DNA from: Waterburya sp.
GTDB lineage: Bacteria > Cyanobacteriota > Cyanobacteriia > Cyanobacteriales > Xenococcaceae
Length of the DNA stretch: 64,000 nucleotides
Direction of reading: 5' to 3'
Assembly (NCBI GenBank): GCA_965217895.1
Contig: CBDCJV010000002.1
Span: 3,168,001-3,232,000, forward strand
Below the pieces are notes generated by a model. That model made no database searches, was not told the DNA's origin, and was given only the letters and a program-made list of their open reading frames with translations. Made by a program: the position numbers and the translations under genes. The stretch's first letter is position 1, and the number at the start of each line of letters is the position of its first letter. Positions 9,201 to 19,939 of the stretch are shown piece after piece.

Positions 9201-10835
9201 TTGGACATCAGCGAAAAGTCAATAGATCGAGAAAAGCTTAACTTCACTACCAAGCTGGCATATGGTGCTGGGGATATGGGCCCAGCCATCACGGCTAATA
9301 TTTTAGTATTTTTTCTGTTATATTTCTTTACTAATGTGGCGGGACTACCTGCGGGTTTAGCGGGAAGCATTTTAGCTATTGGTAAGGTTGGAGATGCGAT
9401 TAACGATCCCATTGCGGGAATTTTGAGCGATCGCACTCGTACCAGATGGGGAAGGCGTATACCCTGGATGCTATTTGGCGCAATTCCCTTTGGAATTTTC
9501 TTTTTTCTTCAATGGATTGTACCTACATTTAGCGAAGATCCTAACGTCAATAATTGGGGACTGTTTGCCTATTATGTAGTCGTAGCAACGCTGTTTAATA
9601 TAGCCTATACGGCAGTGAATTTACCTTATACGGCACTAACTCCCGAACTAACCCAAGACTACGATGAACGAACCAGCTTAAATAGTTTTCGCTTTGCCTT
9701 TTCCATTGGTGGAAGTATTTTATCTTTAATTTTAGCGACGGTTATTTTTAAAGTTTATTCTGACGATCCCAAGCAACAATATTTAATTTTGGGAGGAGTT
9801 TCTAGTTTAATCTCAATAATTGCCTTATTTTGGTGTACCTTTAGGATTCAAGAACGAGGTGCAGCACCGCTTTTGCAACAGCAAGGAAAAAAAATATTCG
9901 GCTTTATTTTAACTGCGGTTGGGGCATTAGGAACAGCTTATGGTGCCAGCCAAATAGCTAGTAGTACGAGAGTTAGCGTTCTAGGCATTGCCAGTATTTT
10001 ATTTGGTTTACAGTTTATTGGTTTTGGTTTGACCTTGATTTTAGCTAAGACCGAATCTCATTTAAATAGTTCTGAAGCAGTTGAAGCGAGAAATTTGGCT
10101 AATAGTGTTCCCAGTGTTCCGATTCGAGAACAGTTAAAGGTGGCATTTGCCAATAAAGCATTTTTATATGTAATTGGCATCTACTTATGTTCTTGGTTGG
10201 GAGTGCAGCTAACCGCTTCAATTCTGATTTACTATGTCGTCAGTTGGATGGGAATGGATGAAGCTGCTTTTCCGACATTTGCGATCGCCGTACAGGGAAC
10301 AGCCTTAGTCATGCTGTTTTTCTGGAAGTTTGTCAGCGACAAGCTGGGTAAAAAAGCTGTTTATTATCTTGGGATGGTTGTTTGGATTGTTGCTCAAGCA
10401 GGCTTATTCTTGATTCAGCCTGGTCAAACCAGAGAACTCTATATCTTGGCTATCATGGCTGGTTTTGGTGTCTCTGTAGCCTATCTTATTCCTTGGTCAA
10501 TGATTCCCGATGTGGTGGATTTAGATGAACTAAATACGGAACAAAGAAGGGAAGGAGTTTTTTACAGTTTTATGGTACTGCTGCAAAAGCTTGGTTTAGC
10601 CTTAGCATTATTTTTAGTCGGACAAGCCTTAGAATTCTCTGGTTTTGTTGCCCGAATACCAGGAGAACCTATCCCAGTACAGCCAGATAGTGCATTACTA
10701 GCTATCCGTATTGCGATCGCGCCTTTGCCTACAGTATTTCTAATTATTGGTTTAGTTTTGACCTATTTCTATCCGATTACCAAAGAAGTCCACGCCGATA
10801 TTCGGATGCAGCTAAAAGCCAGAAAAAATAGTTAA
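9201..10835 (+). CDS. GPH (MelB-like) MFS sugar:cation symporter
   Basis: DA.NDP..G.LSDRT.TRWGRR.PW, PY.AL.PELT.DYDERT.L motifs; TTG start. Confidence 0.9.
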   Translation: MDISEKSIDREKLNFTTKLAYGAGDMGPAITANILVFFLLYFFTNVAGLPAGLAGSILAIGKVGDAINDPIAGILSDRTRTRWGRRIPWMLFGAIPFGIFFFLQWIVPTFSEDPNVNNWGLFAYYVVVATLFNIAYTAVNLPYTALTPELTQDYDERTSLNSFRFAFSIGGSILSLILATVIFKVYSDDPKQQYLILGGVSSLISIIALFWCTFRIQERGAAPLLQQQGKKIFGFILTAVGALGTAYGASQIASSTRVSVLGIASILFGLQFIGFGLTLILAKTESHLNSSEAVEARNLANSVPSVPIREQLKVAFANKAFLYVIGIYLCSWLGVQLTASILIYYVVSWMGMDEAAFPTFAIAVQGTALVMLFFWKFVSDKLGKKAVYYLGMVVWIVAQAGLFLIQPGQTRELYILAIMAGFGVSVAYLIPWSMIPDVVDLDELNTEQRREGVFYSFMVLLQKLGLALALFLVGQALEFSGFVARIPGEPIPVQPDSALLAIRIAIAPLPTVFLIIGLVLTYFYPITKEVHADIRMQLKARKNS

Positions 10836-11049
10836 AAACACAATTAGAAATATACACAACATATTGAAAAACCAAGCACCCAGTTATTAAGCCAAAACTA
10901 AACCTTAGATTAGGAAACAGAGATAGTTTTAGCATTGGCTGTTTGTGACGATTTTCTATAGCCAAAAAGAGCAGAAAACCCAAAACAGCACTAATGAGCA
11001 AGATAAGTACAATTTTTTGCTCGAAACCCTGCTGTTGTCCTAAAGACAT
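10836..11049 (-). pseudogene. fragment of a DHA2 (EmrB/QacA-type) MFS transporter
   Basis: LFLAIE.R..QPML.LSLF.N.RFS.G matches the central-loop signature of 14-TMS MFS exporters; rest of gene absent. Confidence 0.6.
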
Positions 11050-11085
11050 ACTGGCTGAATACTGTTATAGATTCGTTCTACTTAA

Positions 11086-11475
11086 TTAATGCCGATAATA
11101 TTCGCTGCTGCTAGGATCTTCTTCTCTAGATCTGTCATCTCTATAATATCTATCTTCTTCTCTACTAGGTCGATCTCGATCCCAATAAATATCATTTTCA
11201 TTTTCACGATCTCTTTCATATTCTATTTCTCTTCGACGCTGTTCGGCCTCTTGGTAATCTCTACTGCCTCTACCATCCCTATATTCAATTTCATCTTTTC
11301 CCAAATCTTCATCTGCTTCTTGCCTATACTTTGATTCGTTAGGTTCGCCTTTAGCTAAATAGCCTCTCTTATCTAAGACGATGTTTTGCTGAATAGGATT
11401 TAACTCAATTGAGTTTTTACCCTGACAAATATTGATCGACAAAGCCAATGAACCAGCACAAATTATTTCTAACAT
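11086..11475 (-). CDS. hypothetical protein with D/E/R-rich low-complexity C-terminus
   Basis: ATG ORF of 129 aa, possible short signal region. Confidence 0.6.
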   Translation of the reverse strand: MLEIICAGSLALSINICQGKNSIELNPIQQNIVLDKRGYLAKGEPNESKYRQEADEDLGKDEIEYRDGRGSRDYQEAEQRRREIEYERDRENENDIYWDRDRPSREEDRYYRDDRSREEDPSSSEYYRH

Positions 11476-11577
11476 AATATTTTTTTGTTTAAGATATTGA
11501 TATTATAGAAAACAGGCATTTCAATTAATGCCTGCATAATTTTGTCTTAGAAAAATAGCAATTAGATAGATCTTAAT

Positions 11578-12288
11578 CTAAACAATATTAATATCTTGAG
11601 AAGGAATAAAATCAACGTTTCCTTCGATAATGGCAAAAGTTTCGCCATCAAATGATACTTCTCCCGAACCTTGATTGTAGCTAAAGCGATCTATCTCATC
11701 AGTATCTATACCAAATCCTTCGGCAACTACTTCAATCTTGTCATCTTCTTGAAAGAAAAAGTCTTGGATAGTGTCAATTCCTGTACCTAAAATAGTGGCA
11801 AAGACAAAGGTATCCGATCCTATACCTCCATTAAGAAGATCGTCTCCTGCCTCTCCTTCTAAGATATCGTCGCCATCGCCACCGACCAAAATATCATTAC
11901 CCGAACTCCCTAATAAAGTATCATTATCAGCTTCCCCATAGAGTTCGTCGTCACCATCTCCACCATCTAAGGTATCATCTCCATTAAAGCCAAAGAGAAT
12001 ATCTCGATCTAATTCTCCAGAAAGTAAATCATCACCTTCTCCCCCTGAGAGGGTATCTAGACCATTGTAGCCAAGTAAGGTGTCGTCACCATCTTCTCCA
12101 GCTACATAATCATCACCTTCTCCGCCATTAATATTGTCATTACCATCAAAGCCAAGGAGAGTATCATTACCCAAGTAACCATCTATAGTATCGTCTCCCT
12201 CACGACCATCCATTAAATCATCTTCTGCACTTAAGGGAAAAATAACTCGGAAATCATCGCTCTGTGAAGTACCAACAAAATTAGCCAT
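11578..12288 (-). CDS. RTX/hemolysin-type calcium-binding repeat protein
   Basis: many GGxGxDxL nonapeptide repeats; GSDTFVF...DTIQDF...DKI C-terminal signature. Confidence 0.9.
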   Translation of the reverse strand: MANFVGTSQSDDFRVIFPLSAEDDLMDGREGDDTIDGYLGNDTLLGFDGNDNINGGEGDDYVAGEDGDDTLLGYNGLDTLSGGEGDDLLSGELDRDILFGFNGDDTLDGGDGDDELYGEADNDTLLGSSGNDILVGGDGDDILEGEAGDDLLNGGIGSDTFVFATILGTGIDTIQDFFFQEDDKIEVVAEGFGIDTDEIDRFSYNQGSGEVSFDGETFAIIEGNVDFIPSQDINIV

Positions 12289-12908
12289 ATTGATTATTTT
12301 CTCTCTTGCATTAAGGTAAAAACTTGACGCTGTAGTATTTATAAATTAATAAACACCTGCATAGTTAAAAAGTTAAAGAATTAAGATAAAAAAGTTGGTA
12401 AAGCCATTAGATATTATTTGGTTGACAAGTTTTCAACTTTTTGTATACCTTGAAAATTAGCTGTAGACGTAATGATTTATTAAATTGTTTCCGATCTAAA
12501 ATATTCTTTAGTTTATGGAATTAGTAATAGTAAAAAACAACTTTATTAATTTAAAAAATAAAAGTGATGCTTGCACCTAGTAGAGTGAGCGTAAATAAAG
12601 TAAGTATTAAGAGAAAAGCGATCGCGAAAAACAGCTTTTAAGCTAAACAGCGAAACCATTTTTTATCTATTTAACCTTAAAAGACTTAGAGCCTAGAGCT
12701 ACGAACAGTACTATTTTGAAGTCAGGGATTTCTTTTTTGGGCGAGGAGGTTTAACAATTCCTAAGACAACAGTTAGGACAGTTAAGCAGTTAGAACAGTT
12801 AAAGCAGTTGAAAAGCCTAATTTACCGTTGATTATCTTCAACTCCAAAAGGGCTTTGATAGCTGTTGTTTCGTTAATAATTAAATTTTGTCCGAACCATT
12901 ACTAAGAA

Positions 12909-14237
12909 TCAATTTGCAAAAATTAATTCTAATCGTTGCTGCGATCGCTTTAATGCTTCAGTGGGAGTTTGTTTGCCTAAAAGACTAGCTTCAATCGCCC
13001 GACCTAAATTCTCTGAAAGTCTAGTATATTGAGGGATAATCGGACGAGATTTTGCCCACTTCATTTGATCGAGAAAGACTTTTACTACAGGGTTTGACTC
13101 TACAAAATCTTGATATTCTTGGCTTTGTTGCGACCTGATATTTACGGGTAAATAGCCTGTTTGTAATGCCCAAGCAGTTTGAAACTCTTCGCTAAGGATA
13201 TATTCTAAGAATTTTAGGCTGGCTTGTTCTCTCTCTGGAACTGTTTTAAACACAAATAGATTTTCGCCACCAATTACCGCAGCAGGCTTTTTATCAACAG
13301 GGATAGGAAAAACATCATAATCTATATTGGCTAATTTTAACTCAGCCAATGTCCAAGGTCCTGTAACTTGCATTGCCACCTTACCAGCGATAAAGTCATC
13401 AATTTCGTAACCCCTTTCGGGTGGAGACAAGACAGCTACCCCAGATTGAACTAGATCCGATCCTAACTGTAAGGCTGCGATCGCGCCATCGTTAACTAAA
13501 TCTGGTTGACCATTTTTTAGCAAATCTCCTCCAGCACTGTAAATAAAAGGCAGCCAGGTAAATACATTCCATTCTCCTTTCCCCAAAGATAGATAAATAC
13601 CGTGTCGATCTAGGCGTTTGTCGTTATTAGTATCCTGGGTTAAAGCTTTAGCTGTTTGTTTTAATTCTGTCCAAGTTCGAGGAACTTTAGTAACTCCTGC
13701 TTGTTTAAATAAACTGGGGCGATAAAATACTGCGCCGTTGTTGGTAGCTAAAGGAACAGATAAAATATGTCCGTCTAGCTTCATCGAGTCAAACATGGCT
13801 GGATCTATTTCTGATTTTAGCGGTGAATTATCCAGCCAGTCTTCTAAAGGTAATAATGCACCCAACTGAGCAAGTTTACCCGTAATTTGGGGAACAAACC
13901 AGAGAATGTCAGGAGGTTGATTGCTAACGGTAGCAGCTAATATTTTTGGTAGTTGAGCATCAGGTTGACCGATATATAAAGCCTCGACCTCAATATCTGG
14001 GTTTTTTTGGTTAAACTGGGTAACTAATCCCTGAAAAATATCGCGATTTTCAGGAGGATTAATACCGTGCCAAAAAGTTATCTTAATATTTTCCTGCCTG
14101 TTTGTTTGCCCTCGGCTGCTACAACCACCAATTAATAACAAGCATAAAAGACCAAAAATAAATAAGACTATGATGCAAATTTGATAGTTGAATTTATAAT
14201 TACTTTTCGATAACTCTCGATTAAACACTATTAGCAT
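12909..14237 (-). CDS. sugar ABC transporter substrate-binding lipoprotein (start may be further downstream)
   Basis: lipobox IGGC, ITFWHG, F..GKVAM..TGPW, TGYLPV. Confidence 0.88.
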   Translation of the reverse strand: MLIVFNRELSKSNYKFNYQICIIVLFIFGLLCLLLIGGCSSRGQTNRQENIKITFWHGINPPENRDIFQGLVTQFNQKNPDIEVEALYIGQPDAQLPKILAATVSNQPPDILWFVPQITGKLAQLGALLPLEDWLDNSPLKSEIDPAMFDSMKLDGHILSVPLATNNGAVFYRPSLFKQAGVTKVPRTWTELKQTAKALTQDTNNDKRLDRHGIYLSLGKGEWNVFTWLPFIYSAGGDLLKNGQPDLVNDGAIAALQLGSDLVQSGVAVLSPPERGYEIDDFIAGKVAMQVTGPWTLAELKLANIDYDVFPIPVDKKPAAVIGGENLFVFKTVPEREQASLKFLEYILSEEFQTAWALQTGYLPVNIRSQQSQEYQDFVESNPVVKVFLDQMKWAKSRPIIPQYTRLSENLGRAIEASLLGKQTPTEALKRSQQRLELIFAN

Positions 14238-14240
14238 AGG

Positions 14241-14352
14241 TATAGCCGTACAAAATTAGATTAGGACACATAAGATATCTGCTCGAAAGTAGCAAGTAGC
14301 AAGTAGCAAGTAGCAAGTTTAAAATGTCCTAACGTTCGTACGTGATGCTATA
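14241..14352. mobile_element. MITE-like element with internal AAGTAGC heptamer repeats
   Basis: tatagc..ttaggaca / tgtcctaa..gctata inverted ends; related copy at 36563-36670. Confidence 0.6.
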
Positions 14353-14459
14353 TATTGAGCAAATTTTGGTAATTACAAATATTTTAGATACTTAGAAGTA
14401 TACAAGATAAGAATCTTTGTGTATTAGCCGACTATTAAACAGGATAATCTTAGAAAAAG

Positions 14460-15485
14460 ATGAAGCGTAAAGCCTTTCAACGTAAACTTTACCATATTTT
14501 AGAAAATGCTGACTACGGTAATTGGATTAGTAGATTAGACCAAATTTTCTTTTCTGTCTTAATCTTGCTAGATATTAGTGCTTTTATTTTAGAAACTTCA
14601 CAACCGATAAATCAAAATTATCATTGGCTGTTTAGAGACATTGGTATCTTTTCTACCGTAGTTTTTACCGTAGAATATGGATTGCGTTTATGGCTATGTA
14701 CTGTTGAACATCAATTTCATCATCCCGTATGGGGTAGGCTGCGCTATGCTTTTACACCAATGGCGATTATTGATTTTATCTCTACCTTTCCTTTTTACCT
14801 GTTGTTAGTGTTTCACAACTTAGCTGTGCTTAAAACCCTAAGACTGCTTAGATTGGCGCGGATTCTCAAAATTGGTAGACACTCAAAATCGGTTCGTTCT
14901 CTAGTTAGAGTGATTATCAGTAAGCAGGAAGAACTATTTATTACCCTCTCAATCATTGCTTTTTTGCTAATTATTGCTTCAAGCTTAATGTTTTTTGCCG
15001 AACACGATGCCCAACCAGAAGCCTTTTCCAGTATTCCTGCTGCTATGTGGTGGGGAGTTATCACTTTAACCACTGTTGGCTATGGCGATATTTATCCAGT
15101 TACCGTCACAGGTAAATTATTAGGCGCAAGTTTAGCCTGTTTTGGTATTGGCGTGTTTGTTCTTCCCGCAGGTATTGTTGCTTCTAGCTTTGCAGCCGAA
15201 GTTAGTAGGGATGAAATAAATCCTGCACGTATAGTCAAAGAAAATCTTGAACCAGAGTCCATAGATATCCAAGATAATAACTTTTTTGAGCAGCAATCCA
15301 GCTTAAATCAATCATTGCAGCAAATACAGGCAGATGCCAAATTATTGAAACATTGTTTGCAAACTGCGCAAACAGAGTTAGGAGATATAGAATCTAGTCA
15401 AGATGCGATCGCATCTTGGGCAATGTTTCTTTATGTTCAGGCAAAACAAGAATCTGACTTATTAAAAATAGCAAATAAAGAATAA
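14460..15485 (+). CDS. voltage-gated-type potassium channel (ion transporter)
   Basis: S4-like LRLLRLARILK, pore motif TTVGYGD. Confidence 0.92.
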   Translation: MKRKAFQRKLYHILENADYGNWISRLDQIFFSVLILLDISAFILETSQPINQNYHWLFRDIGIFSTVVFTVEYGLRLWLCTVEHQFHHPVWGRLRYAFTPMAIIDFISTFPFYLLLVFHNLAVLKTLRLLRLARILKIGRHSKSVRSLVRVIISKQEELFITLSIIAFLLIIASSLMFFAEHDAQPEAFSSIPAAMWWGVITLTTVGYGDIYPVTVTGKLLGASLACFGIGVFVLPAGIVASSFAAEVSRDEINPARIVKENLEPESIDIQDNNFFEQQSSLNQSLQQIQADAKLLKHCLQTAQTELGDIESSQDAIASWAMFLYVQAKQESDLLKIANKE

Positions 15486-15501
15486 GTAATGAGTACAAAA
15501 C

Positions 15502-16878
15502 TCAGGATTTAATTGCCTCAACTCTCATTTTTACACCACCATCAGGAGTAAAAGTAAAGCCACGACGAGCGGGTTTGATAGAGCGATTATCCAGCAGTTC
15601 TAATTTTACTTTAGACAAGATAGTTGCTAAAACTAACTTCATTTCATATAGGGCAAAGGCATAACCCAAGCAGCGACGATTTCCTCCACCAAAAGGTAAA
15701 TATTCATAGGGTGAAAATTGTCTTTCCATAAATCTTTCTGGTTTAAACTTTTTGGGTTCAGGATATATATCTTCCCGTTGATGAGTTAGATAAATACTGG
15801 GCAATAAAGATGTACCAGGTTCAAACTCATATCCCATTAATTCAAAAGGTTGTTTTAACTTTCTCCCAACAAACACAACCACAGGATTTAGTCTCAAAGT
15901 TTCTGATACTACTGCACTTAGATAGGGAAGTTTGGCAATCTCGGTAAACGAACCATTGTCAGCCAGAGAATCTAATTCTGCTTGGCATTTTTGACCAACT
16001 TCAGGTAGACGATGTAGCCAATAAAACGACCAAGCCAAAGAACTTGCAGTAGTTTCATGTCCTGCAAACAGCATGGTCATTAGCTCGTCTCGTATTTCCT
16101 CATCACTCATAGGTTGCCCATCTTCGTATCGTGCCTCGAGTAATAGGCTAAGAAGATCTTCTCCTAAAGCATCTGGATTCTGCCTACGGCGATCGCATTC
16201 TGCCTGTAAAATTTCCTCGATCTGACGCTTTTGTCGCAAAAACTTATTCCAGGGAGTTAAGCCACCTAAGTCTTTTTGTAACCAAGGAAAAAACAGAAAA
16301 AAAGAGTTTAAAGGTGAATTAAATATGTCTAGGTAATCTACTAGAATCTTACTCAGGCGATCGTATCTTTTCCCTGACTCTAAACCAAAAATTGTTCTTA
16401 AAATAATTCGCAGCGAGATTTCTTGGGTATAGTCACGAATACAGATAGTTTGATCAACTTGCCATTGAGATATAACTTCCTTGGTGGCATCGACCATAGT
16501 TTGACCATAGCTTTTCATTCTCTCTCCATGAAAAGGTGGCATCAATAGCTTACGCTGTCTTTGGTGTTGCACACCATCAAGTAATACTAAAGAACTATCT
16601 CCTAACAGAAGTCTAATTGGTGCATTAGATTGTTGGTCAACTTCAAACAGGTTGGGATCGGCAGTAAAAACTTTTTCTATTGCTTGAGGATCGCTAAAAA
16701 TAGCAGAAGGTGGAAATAGAGAAGACTTGGGCGCGTAAAAAATATCTCCATATTTGCGTTGAAACTTTTCTAAAGTTCCAAATTGGTCAAGTATTGCCTG
16801 AATGAGTATTAATGGTGGTGGAATTTTTGAACCTGGAGGCAGTTTGGGTTTGGTTGAGGATGTAGGCGCAGTAGTCAT
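15502..16878 (-). CDS. cytochrome P450 (CYP110-like)
   Basis: AGHETTA, ETLR, PERF, PFGGGNRRCLG heme motif. Confidence 0.95.
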   Translation of the reverse strand: MTTAPTSSTKPKLPPGSKIPPPLILIQAILDQFGTLEKFQRKYGDIFYAPKSSLFPPSAIFSDPQAIEKVFTADPNLFEVDQQSNAPIRLLLGDSSLVLLDGVQHQRQRKLLMPPFHGERMKSYGQTMVDATKEVISQWQVDQTICIRDYTQEISLRIILRTIFGLESGKRYDRLSKILVDYLDIFNSPLNSFFLFFPWLQKDLGGLTPWNKFLRQKRQIEEILQAECDRRRQNPDALGEDLLSLLLEARYEDGQPMSDEEIRDELMTMLFAGHETTASSLAWSFYWLHRLPEVGQKCQAELDSLADNGSFTEIAKLPYLSAVVSETLRLNPVVVFVGRKLKQPFELMGYEFEPGTSLLPSIYLTHQREDIYPEPKKFKPERFMERQFSPYEYLPFGGGNRRCLGYAFALYEMKLVLATILSKVKLELLDNRSIKPARRGFTFTPDGGVKMRVEAIKS

Positions 16879-16906
16879 AACTAGCGGTGATTATTGATTA
16901 CTAAGT

Positions 16907-17203
16907 TTAGGCTTTCTTGACTCTACGCTGAGCATCAGGACAAGGAGGAGAGGCAAGAGAGCCATCTAGCCAGCCAACAGCCTGATTGAGATGCTGTAAA
17001 GCTTCTTGGGGTTGCTCTTTTAGTAAAAACACCAGTGCAGAAGTTAGCTGTTGTTTTGCCTGGGCTTGTCGATTGCCTTTTAAGCGATGCCAATCTTGAT
17101 GGGCAATTAAACTGCGTTCGACTAAAGCCTGAGCTAGTTCTAAATCGGTTAAATCAGCAGAAACTTTGCTTTGATTCGTAGATAAAGGCGTTACTTTAAA
17201 CAT
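16907..17203 (-). CDS. conserved cyanobacterial small protein (DUF6439-like)
   Basis: ELAQAL.ER..I...DWHRLK.NR...A...WL......PPCP pattern. Confidence 0.7.
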   Translation of the reverse strand: MFKVTPLSTNQSKVSADLTDLELAQALVERSLIAHQDWHRLKGNRQAQAKQQLTSALVFLLKEQPQEALQHLNQAVGWLDGSLASPPCPDAQRRVKKA

Positions 17204-17253
17204 AGGTTAATATCGTGTCAATCTAACTATATTGCTTCACTTTAATTCTAACG

Positions 17254-17598
17254 ATGTCATCTCCCCAATCTGGCAATACGCAAGAAAACGAATTAGAAAA
17301 GATTTTAATTGAAGTTGAAACATCACTTCTACAGCTACAGAAGCGTCATGCTCAAGTTAAACAAGATTTGAAAGCGCGATCGCACCTTTTAGAGCGTCAA
17401 CAAGAACTCAAACAGCAGCAAAAAAATAAATCTATTCCTCAACCCTTAAAGACTGAACTACGCAGCCTTCAGCAAGAGCTAGATAGCCTAGAGCTAAACC
17501 TCGAAAGCGTTTTGCTACCCGATATCTTTTGGCAAGTAGTACGCTTTGTCTTTTTAGGAATTGCGATCGGCTGGTTTCTTCACATTTGGGCAACCTAA
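17254..17598 (+). CDS. coiled-coil protein with C-terminal TM helix
   Basis: heptad-rich ORF ending FWQVVRF..LGI.IGW.L. Confidence 0.75.
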   Translation: MSSPQSGNTQENELEKILIEVETSLLQLQKRHAQVKQDLKARSHLLERQQELKQQQKNKSIPQPLKTELRSLQQELDSLELNLESVLLPDIFWQVVRFVFLGIAIGWFLHIWAT

Positions 17599-17701
17599 AG
17601 ACAGTTAAGATAGTCATTCTGGTGGTGCAACGCGCTTTAAACCGCGTCTACATAGAAAACACCCGAACTCAGGTCAATTTAGGACAGCAAGGAACATTAG
17701 A

Positions 17702-18940
17702 CTAACTGCGCATTACCCGTTCAACAGTTTTAAGCTGTCGAATAAAAAGCATCGAACCAGCCAAACAAACTAAACCATTAAAAACAAAGGTATTAACTAC
17801 TCCAATCTGACTAGCCAGCCACCCAGAAAATAAATTGCCAAAGGGAACTACACCCATAAAAGCCATAGAAACTAGGCTCATTAATCTGCCTATTTTGTCA
17901 TCATCGACTATGGTTTGTATGACTGTATTGGTAGAAGCTAGCTGTAAAATGACGCTAAAGCCAATCAGCACCATAACTGGGAGAGAAAACAATAAAATAT
18001 TAGAGAAAGAGAAAATAATAAAGCCAGTTCCCAGTAGCATAGGCGCGATCGCGATCGCCTTTTCTAAACCATATATATGCGACCTAGAACTAAGATAAAC
18101 GCTGGCAATTAAAGCCCCCAGTGCCGAAGCACCCATCAGTAATCCTAAAGTCTGGGAATCGCCTTTAAGAATATCAGCAGCAAAAATGGGGATCAAAATT
18201 ACATAGGGTAAGCCGACAAAGCCTAGCAAGGATAGCAATAGCAGCATCGAACGAATTGCCGAATTGTTATAAGCATAGTCAAATCCTTCCCTCAGCTTTT
18301 GCATGGTGGAGGTAGTGCTAGAAGCAATCTTAGTTGCGGGAACTTTCATCACCAAAAAAGCAGCAATTACCGCTATATAACTAATGCCGTCAAGCAAAAA
18401 GCAAATGCCCGCACCGACGCTAGCCACTAAAAAACCAGCTACCGCCGGACCAATTAATCTGGCACTACTAATCAAAGATGAATTAAGGGCGATCGCATTT
18501 CCTAAATCTTCTGGCTGTTCGATAATTTCCTTAACAAAAGCCTGAAGTGTCGGCAAATACAGGGCGTTAACTATACCTTGGAAAACTGAAAGTGCGATAA
18601 TTTGCCAAACGTTGATTATGCCCGTCAAAGCCAATATTGCCAAGAGTAAAGACTGTACCATCGATAAAATCTGAGTGACAATTACAATTCGATGGCGCGA
18701 ACCGCGATCGGCAATTACCCCAGCTATGGGAGAAATAAATAAAGTAGGAATACGACTGGCAAACCCGACTACACCCAGTAGCCAAGCTGACTCGGTTAAT
18801 TGATAAACTAACCAACTAGTAGCCAGAATAGTACTCCAGTTACCAATCTGAGAAATCCCTTGACCAATAAAATAAAGACAATAATTTCGATAGCGAAAGG
18901 CACGTAAAATTGGCAGTTTTTTTTCAATTTTTAGCTTCAA
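17702..18940 (-). CDS. MFS exporter (EntS/MFS_3-like)
   Basis: RN..LYF.GQ.ISQ.G.W, G..ADR..R, LGNAIALNS...ARLIGPA.AG; about 12 hydrophobic segments. Confidence 0.88.
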   Translation of the reverse strand: MKLKIEKKLPILRAFRYRNYCLYFIGQGISQIGNWSTILATSWLVYQLTESAWLLGVVGFASRIPTLFISPIAGVIADRGSRHRIVIVTQILSMVQSLLLAILALTGIINVWQIIALSVFQGIVNALYLPTLQAFVKEIIEQPEDLGNAIALNSSLISSARLIGPAVAGFLVASVGAGICFLLDGISYIAVIAAFLVMKVPATKIASSTTSTMQKLREGFDYAYNNSAIRSMLLLLSLLGFVGLPYVILIPIFAADILKGDSQTLGLLMGASALGALIASVYLSSRSHIYGLEKAIAIAPMLLGTGFIIFSFSNILLFSLPVMVLIGFSVILQLASTNTVIQTIVDDDKIGRLMSLVSMAFMGVVPFGNLFSGWLASQIGVVNTFVFNGLVCLAGSMLFIRQLKTVERVMRS

Positions 18941-18991
18941 AAGTTTTATCCAGTTGGTTAATCAATTGCAGAAGCGGATTATGATAAACCT

Positions 18992-19891
18992 CTACAGCAT
19001 TAGAAATGTAATTAATTGCTGCCATTGGGTAAGATCGCCATTTTTATTAGCCAGAATTTGATTTAGATCGTCGAAATCTCGGTGAAGGCTGTCTTTCAAC
19101 TGACTAGCTTTCTGTTCATAAGCTCTAACCTGCTGAATATTTGACTCTCCCCGCAGTAGATATCGCCAGAAATAATCAAACAGATCTACTAATACTCGAA
19201 AAGGAAAAGGTGCATTGTCATAATCTAGACTAGCTAAATATGCTTCATATTCGCGATCCATCCCCCGAATGATTAAATACTCTAGATAGTTGAGTTTGAC
19301 AAAAGGGTTTTTAGGAAATTGCGCGAGTGCAGTCTGCATTATCTCTAAAGATTTCTCTGTTTGCCCGTGTTTGAGCAGAAATAGAGCATAGCGTTTAATC
19401 GCCCAGGTGTAAGCAGGATTGAGGTCTAAAACCCGTTCGTAACAACTTTGTGCTGCCTCTGTCCGTTCGTATTTTTCCAGAAAATAGGCGTAGTGAGAAA
19501 GAGTCCAAAGATCTTTATCGTATCCGTCATTCAATGCTTGTTCGTACCATTTGGCAGCACGCTCCATCTGGAAATTTCTTTCGAGAATATAGGCATAGTA
19601 ATTTGCTCCCAAACGATCTTCTTGTAGCTTAAAAGCTTTATCTAAATGCCATAGAGCCAGACTGTAATTATAAATTTTGCCGTGACACTGACCGATTCCA
19701 AAATGATAATCAGAAACTTCTTGCTGTCTGAGTAAATAGCGATACAGAGACATTGCCACATTGTAAACATCTTCTTCTCTGAGAAAATCTGCTACCTCAG
19801 TTACAGTTTCCAAAGGATACTGCTGATGATTATCCAAAATTTGCTGATATTCTTTCTCGCGGGCTAATTCCAGTAATTTATTGTTAGTCAT
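18992..19891 (-). CDS. tetratricopeptide repeat protein
   Basis: repeated YA..L...A...YE..L...P helical pattern. Confidence 0.8.
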   Translation of the reverse strand: MTNNKLLELAREKEYQQILDNHQQYPLETVTEVADFLREEDVYNVAMSLYRYLLRQQEVSDYHFGIGQCHGKIYNYSLALWHLDKAFKLQEDRLGANYYAYILERNFQMERAAKWYEQALNDGYDKDLWTLSHYAYFLEKYERTEAAQSCYERVLDLNPAYTWAIKRYALFLLKHGQTEKSLEIMQTALAQFPKNPFVKLNYLEYLIIRGMDREYEAYLASLDYDNAPFPFRVLVDLFDYFWRYLLRGESNIQQVRAYEQKASQLKDSLHRDFDDLNQILANKNGDLTQWQQLITFLML

Positions 19892-19893
19892 TG

Positions 19894-19938
19894 GTTATTA
19901 GTTATTAGTTATTAGTTATTGGTTGTTAGTTATTAGTT
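19894..19938. repeat. heptamer tandem repeat (TTATTAG)n
   Basis: about 6 imperfect copies; similar heptamer tracts near 21320, 43510, 62700 and 63620. Confidence 0.8.
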
Positions 19939-19939
19939 G

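Noticed and set aside
12770..12810. CAGTT repeats with 8-9 bp period
   Set aside because: Short degenerate tandem repeat, comparable to the many simple repeats in this genome; no supportable function.
15502..16878. P450 as a PKS tailoring enzyme
   Set aside because: CYP110-like P450s are common in cyanobacteria and this one is separated from the run by an oppositely oriented conserved gene; no evidence of linkage.
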